From assembly GCA_964634375.1 (NCBI GenBank), contig CAZWIQ010000001.1, positions 1,200 through 45,822 on the forward strand: a DNA stretch of 44,623 bases. The letters are read 5' to 3'. Under the pieces are notes generated by a model. That model was not told the DNA's origin. It ran no database searches and saw only the letters and a list, made by a program, of their open reading frames with translations. A program made the translations under genes and the position numbers. Shown here one piece after another: positions 8,618-18,426 of this stretch; positions within the stretch are counted from its first letter, which is position 1; the number at the start of each line of letters is the position of its first letter. The stretch is from Candidatus Micrarchaeota archaeon (lineage in GTDB: Archaea > Micrarchaeota > Micrarchaeia > Norongarragalinales > Norongarragalinaceae).

Positions 8618-9718
8618 TTGGATTTGTTCGTTGAAATCGTTTGCGTCGGGGCGGGCGCCGCGCTTGCAGCGAAAGCAGCGCGAGTCGTGCACGACACGTG
8701 GCGCGACGCGTCGAACTACGCGCGCGCGACGGGAATCGTTTACGGCGCTTGGAGCAAGCTCATTCCGCGCGAGAAAATAAACGACTTGAAGAGCGCGCGC
8801 ACCGTCGAAGAAGTGGCCCGCGTGTGCTTCGAGGCGGGTTACGCGGAGCTTCCCCAAGGAACCGCGTTGATCGCGGAATACGAGGCCGGCGTGCAAAAAC
8901 ACTTGCGCAACCACTTCGCGCCTCTTTTCGCGGCAATCGAGGACAAGCGGTTCGTGGCGATCGTCAAAGCGCGTCACGATTACGCGAACGCGGGGTTGTT
9001 TTTCCAGGCGCGCGCCGCTGGCGCGGCCGGCGCGACCAGCGGGCGCAAGCCGGCGTTCTCGATTCTCGGAAACATAGATTTTGATTCACTGTGGAGCAAA
9101 CCGCTCGACGCTTGTTACGCTGCGCTTCCCCCGCGTTTGGCGGCGGCGGCTCGCGCGGGAGTAAAGCGCGCGGGCGAAAATCCTCGAACGGACTCGAATT
9201 CGGTTACGCTGGAAATCCAGAAAGCGTTGTACGCGGAATTGTTCGATTCGACTCGCGGAAACCCGTTTTTTGAACGCGTTTTGTCGCACCAAGTAGACCT
9301 AGTCAACCTCAAGTTGTTGTTCAAAAGCAATTTGTTGGGCGAGCGTTTGCTGCTCGAACGCGGTTACGTCGTGGGCGGAACGGTTTCGCTGGCCGCGTTT
9401 CGCAAGTCGTTCGGCAAGACGAACCGCGAAATTCTCGCGGCGTTGAGGGGCGAGGTGGTCGAGCGCGCGGCGAAGCGCGGGCTCGGCGAGTTCGAGCGCA
9501 CCGGGTTTTGGGCGTCGTTCGACAAGGCGTGCGACGAAGAGTTCTTCGACTTCCTGAGCCATTTTGCGCGTTTTTGCGGCGCGGGCCCGGAAATCGTTTA
9601 CTATTATTATGCGATGAAGTCGAACGAGGCGGCGAACGTTCTCAAAATCCTCAAAGCGAAGAAAGTCGGCGCAGGGCGCGAGGTAATGGATTTGGTTTTG
9701 GTTTCGTCGCTCGCTTGA
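8618..9718 (+). CDS. atpC: A-type ATP synthase subunit C (V-type d/AC39 family)
   Basis: 366 aa all-helical protein in the expected operon position between E and F. Contains YYYYAMKSNEAANVLKILKAK-type C-terminal repeats. Confidence 0.8.
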   Translation: MDLFVEIVCVGAGAALAAKAARVVHDTWRDASNYARATGIVYGAWSKLIPREKINDLKSARTVEEVARVCFEAGYAELPQGTALIAEYEAGVQKHLRNHFAPLFAAIEDKRFVAIVKARHDYANAGLFFQARAAGAAGATSGRKPAFSILGNIDFDSLWSKPLDACYAALPPRLAAAARAGVKRAGENPRTDSNSVTLEIQKALYAELFDSTRGNPFFERVLSHQVDLVNLKLLFKSNLLGERLLLERGYVVGGTVSLAAFRKSFGKTNREILAALRGEVVERAAKRGLGEFERTGFWASFDKACDEEFFDFLSHFARFCGAGPEIVYYYYAMKSNEAANVLKILKAKKVGAGREVMDLVLVSSLA

Positions 9719-9739
9719 AAAAATAATTGAAAAATTAGG

Positions 9740-10081
9740 GTGAATCGTTTTTTGGAGTATGAAATCGCGGTCGTGGGCCCGAAAGAAATTTGCGTTGGCT
9801 TCAAGGCTGCGGGGGCGGGGCGAATCGTCGAAGTCAGCGACGCGGCGCAGGCCCGCAAGGCGATCGAGTCGCTCGCGAACGACGCGGGCGTCGGGCTCGT
9901 AATAGTCGGGGAGAGCGTGGCGGGCGAGTCTCTCGACTTGATTGCGGACGTTTCGCAGAACCGTTTCCTGCCGGCCATCGCCGTCGTGCAGGATTCGGCC
10001 CAGGCGCAAAACCTGAGTTCGCGCGTGGTGAGCGCGACGATCGAACGGGCGACCGGAATCAGTTTCCTTAGCGAAAAATGA
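9740..10081 (+). CDS. atpF: A-type ATP synthase subunit F
   Basis: EIAVVGPKEICVGFKAAGAG...GLVIVGESVAG...LPAIAVV is the classic AtpF pattern. Start is GTG 9740 or TTG 9752. Confidence 0.85.
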   Translation: MNRFLEYEIAVVGPKEICVGFKAAGAGRIVEVSDAAQARKAIESLANDAGVGLVIVGESVAGESLDLIADVSQNRFLPAIAVVQDSAQAQNLSSRVVSATIERATGISFLSEK

Positions 10082-10162
10082 TTTTCGCGTTAATCGATTG
10101 TTGAATTTCGATTTTTGAATTGATTTGTTTCGAAAAAGTTTGAAGAATTGTTTTTCAGGAGC

Positions 10163-11968
10163 GTGGTGGATTTGGGCAAGATCACGAAGATTTCGGGTCC
10201 CGTCGTCACCGCTGACGGAATGAAGGGCGCGACGATGTACGAACTCGTTCGCGTTGGAAGCGAGCAGCTGCTCGGAGAAATAATCGGGCTCGAAGGCGAT
10301 ACCGCGACTATTCAAGTTTACGAGGAAACAGGCGGAATAGCGGTCGGCGAACCCGTGAAAGGCACGGGGCGCGCCCTCTCCGTGCTGCTCGGGCCCGGGC
10401 TGCTGACGAGCATTTACGACGGAATCCAGCGCCCGCTTCCGGCACTGAAGCGCAAGCAAGGAGACTGGATAAAGCGCGGGCTTTCGGCTGATGCGTTCGA
10501 CTTGAAGAAAAAATGGGATTTCAAGGCAACGCGCAAGAAAGGCGACAAGGTGAGCGGGGGCGACGTGCTCGGCACGGTGCAGGAGACGAGCGCCATCGAA
10601 CACCGCGTACTCGTTCCGCCCAACGTGAGCGGGGTAATCGAATCGATTTCGTCGGGTTCGCGAGCCGCGCTCGATGTCGTGGCAGTAGTCAAAGACGGCT
10701 GCAAAAAGCAGGAAGTGACGCTCGCGCACTGGTGGCCTGTTCGCACGCCGCGCCCCGTCAGGAACAAGCTTTTGCCCGACATCCCGCTCGTTACGGGGCA
10801 GCGCGTCGTCGACTTTCTTTTCCCGTTGGCGAAAGGCGGGACTGCAAGCGTTCCAGGACCGTTCGGAAGCGGGAAAACGGTCGTCCAACACCAACTCGCG
10901 AAGTGGAGCGACACGCAAATCGTGTTGTTCATCGGTTGCGGGGAACGCGGAAACGAGATGACCGATGTGTTAAGCGAGTTTCCGAAGCTGCAAGACCCGC
11001 ACACGGGAAAGCCGTTGATGGAGCGAACGGTTTTAATCGCGAACACGAGCGACATGCCCGTCGCGGCGCGCGAAGCAAGCATTTACACGGGCATCACGAT
11101 CGCGGAATACTACCGCGACATGGGTTACGACGTGGCGCTCATGGCCGATTCGACGAGCCGTTGGGCCGAGGCGCTTCGCGAAATTTCGGGCCGCTTGCAG
11201 GAAATGCCGAGCGAGGAAGGTTATCCCGCGTACCTCGCTTCGAGCCTAGCCGCGTTTTACGAGCGCGCGGGGCGCGCGGAAGTGCTTGGGAGCGGAGCGA
11301 AGCGCACGGGAAGCGTGAGCGTAATCGGCGCGGTTTCCCCGCCCGGCGGAGACTTTTCGGAACCAGTCACGCAGAACACGCTGCGCATCACGAAAGTTTT
11401 TTGGGGCCTCAGCGCGCGCCTCGCTTACGCGCGCCACTTTCCCGCCATCGACTGGCTGCAGAGTTATTCGCTTTACGCCGACTCGCTCGCGGGGTGGCTG
11501 AAGGCGAACGCGGGCGAGGATTTCCTGGATTTGCGCGCGAAATCCCTTTCACTGCTGCAGAAAGAGGCGGAGCTCGAAGAAATCGTGCGCCTCGTCGGAG
11601 CGGAAGCGTTGCCGGCGCGCGACAAGCTCGTGCTCGACGTGGCGCGCATGGTGCGCGAAGACTTTCTCCAGCAAAACGCGTTCGACGAAACGGATTCGTA
11701 CACGTCGCTGCGGAAACAATACGCCATGTTGAAGGCGATTATTTCGTTTCACGATTCGGCGCTCGAGCTGCTCAACGCGGGCGCGTCGTTCGAGAAAGTG
11801 CGCGGGCTCGGCGTCTGCAAGTTCATTCCGAAGTCGAAGTTCGTGAGCGAGAAGCAGCTCGCGAAGTTTGACGACGAGCTTGCGGGGCTCGCGCGGGAGG
11901 CGAAGGCGTTGCGCACCGAAACGGAGGCGGCGCGCGCAGCCGCGGAGAAAGCTCTCGAGAAAAAGTGA
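10163..11968 (+). CDS. atpA: A-type ATP synthase catalytic subunit A
   Basis: [16 protein letters not shown], Walker [10 protein letters not shown] and non-homologous-region features. No intein-sized insertion. AGGAG lies just upstream of GTG 10163/10166; the ORF opens at TTG 10148. Confidence 0.97.
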   Translation: MVDLGKITKISGPVVTADGMKGATMYELVRVGSEQLLGEIIGLEGDTATIQVYEETGGIAVGEPVKGTGRALSVLLGPGLLTSIYDGIQRPLPALKRKQGDWIKRGLSADAFDLKKKWDFKATRKKGDKVSGGDVLGTVQETSAIEHRVLVPPNVSGVIESISSGSRAALDVVAVVKDGCKKQEVTLAHWWPVRTPRPVRNKLLPDIPLVTGQRVVDFLFPLAKGGTASVPGPFGSGKTVVQHQLAKWSDTQIVLFIGCGERGNEMTDVLSEFPKLQDPHTGKPLMERTVLIANTSDMPVAAREASIYTGITIAEYYRDMGYDVALMADSTSRWAEALREISGRLQEMPSEEGYPAYLASSLAAFYERAGRAEVLGSGAKRTGSVSVIGAVSPPGGDFSEPVTQNTLRITKVFWGLSARLAYARHFPAIDWLQSYSLYADSLAGWLKANAGEDFLDLRAKSLSLLQKEAELEEIVRLVGAEALPARDKLVLDVARMVREDFLQQNAFDETDSYTSLRKQYAMLKAIISFHDSALELLNAGASFEKVRGLGVCKFIPKSKFVSEKQLAKFDDELAGLAREAKALRTETEAARAAAEKALEKK

Positions 11969-12014
11969 TGTTGAGCGTTCGGTTTTGGCGCTTGGATTTA
12001 AAGGTGGTTTTCAA

Positions 12015-13592
12015 ATGGGCGGCGTTGTTTACAAAACGGTTTCGGAAGTTGCGGGGGCGCTGATTCTCCTCGACAACGTTCAAGGCGTGAAGTACGGGGA
12101 ACTAGTTGAAATAACCCTGGCGAACGGAGAGCGGCGCAGGGGGCGCGTTCTCGAAGCGACGACGAAGACGGCTCTCGTTCAAGTGTTCGAGGGAACGCGC
12201 GGAATCGACGTGGGCGGCACGGCGGTGAAATTCACGGGCAGCGAAGTCGAACTCGGCGTTTCAACCGACATGCTCGGGCGAGTGTTCGACGGGCTGGGCG
12301 CTCCAATCGACAAAGGCCCGAAAATCGTTCCCGCCGAAAAGCGGAACGTCAACGGCAACCCCATCAACCCGTTCGCGCGCGACGAGCCGAGCGACTTCAT
12401 CGAGACGGGCGTTAGCGCGATCGATTTGATGAACACGCTCGTGCGCGGACAAAAGCTCCCGATTTTCTCGGGTTCGGGTTTGCCTCACAACGAGCTCGCC
12501 GCGCAAATCGCGAGGCAGGCGTGCGTCAAAGGAAAAAGCGAGAAGTTCGCCGTAGTTTTCGGCGGAATAGGCATTACGTTCGAGGAAGCGCAGTTCTTCA
12601 TCAACGATTTGAAGCGAACTGGCGCAATCGAACGCGCCATAATATTTCTCAACCTCGCCGACGACCCGGCCGTCGAACGAATCACGACGCCTCGCCTCGC
12701 GCTTACGGCGGCTGAATATTTAGCGTTCGAGGAAGACATGCACGTCCTCGTTTTGCTCACGGACATGAACAATTACTGCGAGTCGTTGAAGGAAATCAGC
12801 GCGGCGCGGAAAGAGGTTCCGAGCAGGCGCGGGTACCCGGGTTACATGTACACTGATCTCGCAAGCATTTACGAGCGGGCGGGGCGCATCAAGGGACGCA
12901 AAGGCTCGATCACGCAGTTCCCGATTTTGACGATGCCTGAAGACGACATCACGCACCCGATTCCCGACTTGACGGGTTACATCACGGAAGGGCAAATCGT
13001 GCTGAGCAGGGAAATGCACATGAAAGGCGTTTACCCGCCCATCAACGTGCTGCCGTGCCTCTCGCGTTTGATGAGCCACGGAATCGGAGTCGGAAAAACG
13101 CGGGAAGACCACGGCGGCGTGAGCAACCAGTTGTACGCAGCGTACGCGCGAGGCACGGAGTTGCGCGAGCTCGTTGCCGTCATCGGCGAAGCCGCGTTGA
13201 CGGAAGCGGACCGGAAATACCTCAAGTTCGCGGAAGCGTTCGAGCGCCGCTTCGTGGCGCAATCGCGCGACGAGCACCGGACCGTCGAAGATTCGCTTGG
13301 AATCGCTTGGGACTTGCTTTCGACGATTCCGTTTGAAGATTTGAAGCGTATCAAGCCTCAATTCGTGGAAAAATATTATCCGGGGCGTTCCCAGGTTTCG
13401 ATTGCCGTGCGCGAGGGGACGAAGGCGGAGAGCGAAGCGGAGACTCTCGCGGCTGAAGCGGCAGAAGCTGAAGAAGTCGAGGCTGCGTCGGAGAAAAAAA
13501 CTCGCGTTGCTGCAAAAGCTAAACCGTCGAAGGCGAAGAAGGGAAAGGCGGCGGGAGCGGCGGCAGGAAAGGCGAAGCGCGGTAAAAAGTGA
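12015..13592 (+). CDS. atpB: A-type ATP synthase subunit B, with about 68-aa Lys/Ala/Glu-rich C-terminal tail
   Basis: [17 protein letters not shown]..., [18 protein letters not shown] and [15 protein letters not shown] motifs. ATG 12015 is preceded by AAGGTGG. The ORF-track start at 11868 overlaps atpA. Confidence 0.97.
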   Translation: MGGVVYKTVSEVAGALILLDNVQGVKYGELVEITLANGERRRGRVLEATTKTALVQVFEGTRGIDVGGTAVKFTGSEVELGVSTDMLGRVFDGLGAPIDKGPKIVPAEKRNVNGNPINPFARDEPSDFIETGVSAIDLMNTLVRGQKLPIFSGSGLPHNELAAQIARQACVKGKSEKFAVVFGGIGITFEEAQFFINDLKRTGAIERAIIFLNLADDPAVERITTPRLALTAAEYLAFEEDMHVLVLLTDMNNYCESLKEISAARKEVPSRRGYPGYMYTDLASIYERAGRIKGRKGSITQFPILTMPEDDITHPIPDLTGYITEGQIVLSREMHMKGVYPPINVLPCLSRLMSHGIGVGKTREDHGGVSNQLYAAYARGTELRELVAVIGEAALTEADRKYLKFAEAFERRFVAQSRDEHRTVEDSLGIAWDLLSTIPFEDLKRIKPQFVEKYYPGRSQVSIAVREGTKAESEAETLAAEAAEAEEVEAASEKKTRVAAKAKPSKAKKGKAAGAAAGKAKRGKK

Positions 13593-13601
13593 TTAGCGAA
13601 A

Positions 13602-14222
13602 ATGGCGGTCAGGCGCGTTAACACGACGAGGAGCGAATTGCTCAAGCTCAAGCGGCGCACGAAGCTCGCGGGCAGAGGGCACGATTTGCTTAAGGAAAAA
13701 CGCGACGGAATAATGCGGAAGTTCATGGAACTCGTGCGCTTTTACCGTGACGAAGACGCGCGCGTGTCAAAAACGCTCGCGCTTTCGCTGAAGCGGCTCG
13801 TGCTAGCGCGCGTCACGCTTTCCGACGACGAACTGGATTCGCTCGTCGCGCTCTCGCGCCGGCGCGTCGTGCTCGAAGTCGGCGAGTCGTTTTTGATGAA
13901 CGTTAAGACGCCTACGCTGCGCGCCGTAGTGAAAGAGGAGGGCGAATGCGTTGGGCATCAAGGCACGCCGCTGGATGCGGACGTTGCGCTCGCCGAGTTC
14001 AAGCCCCTGCTGAACGAAGTCGTTCGCCTCGCGGAAACGCAGAAGAAGATTCAGTTGCTCGCGCCGGAGGCGGAGCGCACCAGGCGGCGGGTGAACGCGC
14101 TGAAGTACGTTATCCTGCCGCAGCTCAACGCCTTGATTCGGGGAATCGAGATGAAGCTCGGCGAGATGGAGCGGAGCAGTTTCGCGACGCTGTTGCGTTT
14201 GCAGGAAACAGTGTTGAAGTAA
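13602..14222 (+). CDS. atpD: A-type ATP synthase subunit D
   Basis: VNTTRSELLKLKRRTKLAGRGHDLLKEKRDGIMRKF is the canonical AtpD N-terminus. Last gene of the operon. Confidence 0.93.
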   Translation: MAVRRVNTTRSELLKLKRRTKLAGRGHDLLKEKRDGIMRKFMELVRFYRDEDARVSKTLALSLKRLVLARVTLSDDELDSLVALSRRRVVLEVGESFLMNVKTPTLRAVVKEEGECVGHQGTPLDADVALAEFKPLLNEVVRLAETQKKIQLLAPEAERTRRRVNALKYVILPQLNALIRGIEMKLGEMERSSFATLLRLQETVLK

Positions 14223-14333
14223 AGTGAGAGTCGAGAATTAGTTTCTTGTTTTTCAGTTGACTCTCTTGCAATCACCGCGACGCAGCGCTTGCGCACCGCG
14301 AGGCTCAGCAATACCTCTTTTTCATCAATTGAG

Positions 14334-14406
14334 TAGCCCCGAGCGGATTCGAACCGCCGTTCACAGGTTCAGAGCCTGTTGTCCTTGGCCGCTAGACGAC
14401 GGGGCT
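14334..14406 (-). tRNA. tRNA-Gln (anticodon CUG)
   Basis: The reverse complement folds by hand into a cloverleaf. Acceptor AGCCCCG/CGGGGCT has the A1-U72 pair typical of archaeal tRNA-Gln. D stem is GTCT/GGAC, anticodon stem ACAGG/CCTGT, loop CTCTGAA, T arm GGCGG-TTCGAAT-CCGCT. No CCA is encoded. Confidence 0.9.
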
Positions 14407-14435
14407 GCGCCCACCACAATTTTTCGCTTGCCGCG

Positions 14436-14456
14436 CTTATTAAAGTTTTATTAACG
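14436..14456. promoter_or_regulatory. AT-rich quasi-palindromic element, candidate bidirectional TATA region for tRNA-Gln (-) and the UbiA-family gene (+)
   Basis: cttattaaagttttattaacg lies 30-50 bp from the tRNA 5' end and 22-42 bp upstream of ATG 14478, consistent with a leaderless mRNA. It is the only A/T-rich stretch in the 71-bp spacer. Confidence 0.3.
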
Positions 14457-14477
14457 CGCCCGCGCTTTATTCTCGTC

Positions 14478-15329
14478 ATGGCTTTGAATATCCGCGCTTG
14501 GTTGCGGCTCGCGCGCATCGAGCACGCCTTCATCGCGGCTTTCGCCGTCGTTGCGGCGCAAGCGCTAGTCGCGCGCCGCTTCGACACGGCTTTTCTTTTT
14601 CCCGCGCTAGCGCCTTTCCTCGTCACGGCGGCGTCTTTCGCCATCAACGATTTCTACGACTACGCATCCGACAAGGCGTTGAAGCGCCGCGACAGGCCGC
14701 TCGTCGCGGGCAAAATCAAGCGCGTGCACGCGTTTTACGCGGCTCTCGCGCTCTACTTTCTCGCGCTCGCTTCCGCTGCGCCGCTCAGCGCGACGGCTTT
14801 CCTCATCGTGCTTTTTTACGCTTTGCTGAGCTTCGCGTACAGCGCGCGGCTAAAACGCCTCCCGCTCGTCGGCAACGTCTTCATCGCGTCGTCCATGGCT
14901 ATTTCCTTCCTTTACGGGAACGTCCTCGTTTCGCCTGCGGGCGCGTTGAATTACTACGTCGTGCTTTTCTGCGTCGTGTCGTTCGCCGCGGGACTAGGGC
15001 GCGAATTCCTTTTGACGCTGCGCGACGTGGCTGGCGACAAGAAAATCGGTGCGCGCACGCTTCCAATGCTCGTCGGCGCGAAGCGCACGGTCGTGGCGGC
15101 GAACGCGCTCATTTACGTCGGCGTCATTCTGAGCTTGTTTCCGTTGATGGAGAAAACGCTTTTCCTTCCTTACGCGGCGCTGATTCTCGCTGCCGACGCG
15201 TTGTTCGTAGCAGTCGTCCTCAAAACTTCGTTGTCGCAGAACGCCGCCACGTTAGAGTTCGCGCGAAACGCTTCGCTTTGGGGGTTGCTCGCGGGAACGC
15301 TCGCGTTCGCGTCGCTCGCCTTCGCCTGA
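14478..15329 (+). CDS. UbiA-family prenyltransferase, probable digeranylgeranylglyceryl phosphate synthase
   Basis: Polytopic membrane protein with Asp-rich motif NDFYDYASD plus RRDRPLVAG, and a second motif region LRDVAGDKKIG. About 283 aa, as for archaeal DGGGP synthases. The ORF-track start at 14379 overlaps the tRNA. Confidence 0.8.
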   Translation: MALNIRAWLRLARIEHAFIAAFAVVAAQALVARRFDTAFLFPALAPFLVTAASFAINDFYDYASDKALKRRDRPLVAGKIKRVHAFYAALALYFLALASAAPLSATAFLIVLFYALLSFAYSARLKRLPLVGNVFIASSMAISFLYGNVLVSPAGALNYYVVLFCVVSFAAGLGREFLLTLRDVAGDKKIGARTLPMLVGAKRTVVAANALIYVGVILSLFPLMEKTLFLPYAALILAADALFVAVVLKTSLSQNAATLEFARNASLWGLLAGTLAFASLAFA

Positions 15330-15361
15330 ATCGGCGATATCGGCGTTGAATCAATAGTTTT

Positions 15362-16327
15362 TCAGTAGTTTTTCTTTTCGTCGAGCCCGAACTCTTTCCA
15401 CACGGTCGCGAGCAAGCTTTGAGGCGGGATTACGCCGAGTTCCGTGACGTACGCCGTAACGAATTTCGCGTCGACGAGGTCGAACGCGGGATTCAGCACC
15501 CCGACTTTCCGCGGGTTAATTCCGATTTTCGCTGCTTCGCGCGCGCTCAAGACTTCGCTCGCGGCGCGCTGCTCGATGGGTTCCGTCGCGCCCCAAAGCG
15601 TGAGCGGGTCGAACTTGTGGGTTCCCGTCGCGCTGTAAAATTTCTTTTCGTACTCCGCTGCGGCGAGCGCGAGCGGCGCCGTGCCTATTTTGTTGACGAG
15701 GTCGCCTTCCGCCGTAATCGCGTCGCAACCGACGAGAACGCAGTCGTCGTCCTTCATTTCCTTCAGGACGGAAACCATTGCGCTGTCGACGGCGAGGCGC
15801 ACTTTGAGTCCGTGAGCGCTTAGCTCGGCCGCGCTCTTGCGGCCTTGAAATAGCGGGCGCGTCTCGAGGCACGTTACGACGGGTCGTTTCCCGCCGTCGA
15901 ACGCGCGCTTGAGGATGCGCATGACGGTGCTCGAGTGGCAGTGAAGCAACACGTTGCCTCGGCGCGGCACGAGCCGCGCGCCGTACTCGGCGATCTTGAG
16001 TTTCGTCGCGAGCGAGCGGCTGTGGTAATCGCGCGCCTCTTGCGCCACGAGGAGCTTTAACTCACCGACGTCGCGCGCCTTGCTTTTGACTGCCTGCAGC
16101 GCGATGAAGCGCAAAGCGTTTCGCAGCGCCGGCTCGGTGGGGCGCGCGCTTTTGAGGAAATCGATTGTTTCAAGGAGGTGTTTCGGGAACTCGCGGGTCG
16201 CGCCCCGGAACGCCTGCATTTCCGCGGAGAGCGCGTCTACTGCGGCGATAGCGACGGCTTCCGCTCCCTGGACTTCGAGGTTTTTGACGTCGCGCCAAAC
16301 GCGTTTGGTGTTCGGAGTGAAGCTCAT
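15362..16327 (-). CDS. eIF-2B alpha/beta/delta family protein (aIF-2BII / ribose-1,5-bisphosphate isomerase-like)
   Basis: VQGAEAVAIAA, LLHCHSSTV, VTCLETRPLFQGR and VGCDAITAEGDLVNKIGT motifs. The ORF extends to 16393, adding MLAENRGRGGKKKKTGKTGNGK. ATG 16327 (MSFTP...) is preferred. Confidence 0.85.
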   Translation of the reverse strand: MSFTPNTKRVWRDVKNLEVQGAEAVAIAAVDALSAEMQAFRGATREFPKHLLETIDFLKSARPTEPALRNALRFIALQAVKSKARDVGELKLLVAQEARDYHSRSLATKLKIAEYGARLVPRRGNVLLHCHSSTVMRILKRAFDGGKRPVVTCLETRPLFQGRKSAAELSAHGLKVRLAVDSAMVSVLKEMKDDDCVLVGCDAITAEGDLVNKIGTAPLALAAAEYEKKFYSATGTHKFDPLTLWGATEPIEQRAASEVLSAREAAKIGINPRKVGVLNPAFDLVDAKFVTAYVTELGVIPPQSLLATVWKEFGLDEKKNY

Positions 16328-16551
16328 TTTTCCGTTCCCCGTTTTCCCGGTTTTCTTCTTTTTCCCGCCGCGTCCGCGGTTTTCCGCAAGCATTATTAAG
16401 GGTGTTCGTTCATTAAGTAACCCAGAGTTTTAAACCACTATTGTTGGGCGGGCTAATTAAAAAAGAATTAAAGCGTAATTTAAGAAGACAAGCGGAATTC
16501 GACAGAACTCAAGAATAATTCGGGAAAAGGCGAGTTGAAGAGTGGGTTGAA

Positions 16552-17643
16552 ATGAGTTTGCCGAACGGGGAATTGCGCAGGGATTACGCGGTAATCGAGC
16601 GCGGCGGCAAAGCCGCGAGCAAGGAAGACGAGGAAATACTCGAAATCTTGAAGCAAAGCGTGCCGAAAGTGGTGGTAATCGGCGCTGGCGGAAGCGGAAG
16701 CAACACGGTCAACCGCATGGCCGAAGTCGGCATCGTCGGCGCGCGCCTCGTTGCGGCGAACACGGACGCGCAGCACCTTCTCACGATAAAGTGCGACAAG
16801 AAGCTGCTTCTCGGCAGGAAAAAAACGCGCGGCTTGGGCGCGGGAAGCAACCCGGAAGTCGGCGAAGCCGCCGCCGAAGAAGCGGCCGAGGAAATGACGC
16901 AGTTGTTTGCGGGCGTAGACCTGGTTTTCGTGACTTGCGGGATGGGCGGCGGAACGGGCACGGGAAGCGCCCACATTTTCGCGCGCGAAGCCAAGAAAGC
17001 GGGCGCGCTTTGCGTTGGAGTCGTCACGCTTCCTTTCACGAGCGAAGGCACGAAGCGCATGCGCAACGCGCTTGAAGGGCTCGAGAAGCTCCGGAAGGAG
17101 TCGGACACGACGATAGTCATTCCAAACGACAAACTGCTTTTCTTCGTGCCGGACTTGCCGTTGAACGCGGCGTTCAAAGTCGCGGACAGCGTGCTCACGA
17201 ATTCCGTTAAAGGAATAACGGAGTTGATAACGAAGCCGGGGCTCGTCAACCTCGACTTCGCGGACGTGCGGACGATTCTCGGGGGAAGCGGCACCGCCGT
17301 CATCGGTTTGGGCGAGGCGGGGAACGCCGAACAACGGGACCGCGTGGTTCAAGCGGCTGAGAAAGCGCTCGCGTCGCCGCTGCTGGACCTAGACATAAAG
17401 ACGGCGGGCAAGGCGCTGATAAACATTACGGGCGGCAGCGACATGACGCTCGGCGAAGCTGAAGCGGCCGTGCAAGCGATTAGCGGCAGGATGTCGAAGG
17501 ACGCGCACGTGATTTGGGGGGCTTCAATTGACGACGGCGAAAACGCGGGAATACGCGTTTTGGCGGTTCTCGCCGGAATAACGCCTCACGCGGATTCCGG
17601 CGCGCCCGAGTCCGTGGAAGACTTGAGTTTGGAATTCGTTTGA
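16552..17643 (+). CDS. ftsZ: Cell division GTPase FtsZ
   Basis: VIGAGGSGSNTVNRM, tubulin signature GMGGGTGTGSAHI, NTDAQHL and VTLPFTSEG. Confidence 0.96.
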   Translation: MSLPNGELRRDYAVIERGGKAASKEDEEILEILKQSVPKVVVIGAGGSGSNTVNRMAEVGIVGARLVAANTDAQHLLTIKCDKKLLLGRKKTRGLGAGSNPEVGEAAAEEAAEEMTQLFAGVDLVFVTCGMGGGTGTGSAHIFAREAKKAGALCVGVVTLPFTSEGTKRMRNALEGLEKLRKESDTTIVIPNDKLLFFVPDLPLNAAFKVADSVLTNSVKGITELITKPGLVNLDFADVRTILGGSGTAVIGLGEAGNAEQRDRVVQAAEKALASPLLDLDIKTAGKALINITGGSDMTLGEAEAAVQAISGRMSKDAHVIWGASIDDGENAGIRVLAVLAGITPHADSGAPESVEDLSLEFV

Positions 17644-17711
17644 ACGTTTTGAGTGCGTTTGAGTTCAAGCAAAATTTCGCAAAATTTTTTGGTAATCCCG
17701 GGGGATTTGGA

Positions 17712-17897
17712 ATGAACGTCAAGGAATCAATCGATTCTTTCGTCACGCAGAGCAAGCGGGTTATCGCGATCACGCACAAGCCGGGGCAAGCAGAATACCG
17801 CCAAATGAGCTTGACGACCGCAATCGGCGTGGCGCTCATCGGGCTGGCGGGCTTCGCAATCGCGATGCTCGCGCTAGTCCTCAAAGGAAAATTCTAA
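17712..17897 (+). CDS. secE: Protein translocase subunit SecE / Sec61-gamma
   Basis: 61 aa: MNVKESIDSFVTQSKRVIAITHKPGQAEYRQMSLTTAIGVALIGLAGFAIAMLALVL. Single C-terminal TM helix, in the conserved position before spt5. Confidence 0.8.
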   Translation: MNVKESIDSFVTQSKRVIAITHKPGQAEYRQMSLTTAIGVALIGLAGFAIAMLALVLKGKF

Positions 17898-17935
17898 CGT
17901 TGACGACGTTGACGTTTAAGGGAGGGGTTTCAACA

Positions 17936-18370
17936 GTGTTGTTCGCTTACCGCGTGACCGCCGGGCAGGAAAGCATCGTCGCCGACTTGCTGCAGGAAAA
18001 AATCAAGAAGACGCGCGCGCCCATCGCCGCGCTCATCGTTTCCCCGCGCCTGAAAGGCTATTTGATCGTCGAGGCGAGCAACGAAGTCGAAGTGAAGCGG
18101 CTCACCGCCGGCGTCCCGCACGTGAAAGGCGTTTTGCAGAAAACGATTTCGCTCGACGAAATAAAGGAACTCCTCGAAAGCAAGCCGCAGGAACTCGCGC
18201 TCGTCAAAGGAGACTTCATCGAAATCACGAGCGGCCCCTTCAAAGGCGAAAAAGCCAAGGTCGTGCGCATCGACAAGGAAAAAGAGGAAGTGACGATCGA
18301 ACTCGTCGAGGTCGCGGTCCCGATTCCCGTCACGATAAAGATGGGCACGATAAAGGCGTTGCCGCAGTAA
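17936..18370 (+). CDS. spt5: Transcription elongation factor Spt5 (NusG)
   Basis: VLFAYRVTAGQESIVADLL forms the NGN domain; the KOW motif is KGDFIEITSGPFKGEKAKVVRID. GTG 17936 is preceded by GGGAGGGG; the ORF opens at 17900. Confidence 0.9.
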   Translation: MLFAYRVTAGQESIVADLLQEKIKKTRAPIAALIVSPRLKGYLIVEASNEVEVKRLTAGVPHVKGVLQKTISLDEIKELLESKPQELALVKGDFIEITSGPFKGEKAKVVRIDKEKEEVTIELVEVAVPIPVTIKMGTIKALPQ

Positions 18371-18426
18371 ACTTCGTTTCCTTTTTCCCGCTTTCTTTTT
18401 TCTTTATTTTTCTTTTAGGTTTCCGT
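18371..18426 (+). terminator. T-rich tract downstream of spt5 (archaeal oligo-T terminator candidate)
   Basis: cctttttcccgctttcttttttctttatttttctttt sits in the 56-bp convergent spacer. Confidence 0.4.

Noticed and set aside
9299-10918. Very long antisense ORFs in the track: 9299..10918 -, 37917..39608 -, 22073..23860 -, 36317..37450 -, 7868..8977 -, 5302..6312 -, 1295..2239 -, 19393..20529 +, 10513..11871 +, 39876..40922 -.
   Set aside because: Each lies opposite, or out of frame, to a gene with unmistakable family motifs (atpC/F/A, pilus ATPase, FKBP/cdc6, ftsY, atpE, atpI, amidase). Their translations are Arg/Ala/Pro-rich low-complexity strings, typical of stop-codon-poor alternative frames in GC-rich DNA.
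10163-11968. Intein or other insertion in atpA, which is common in some archaea.
   Set aside because: The length and continuous motif order (Walker A through the C-terminal helical domain) are normal. Only a short helical C-terminal extension is present.
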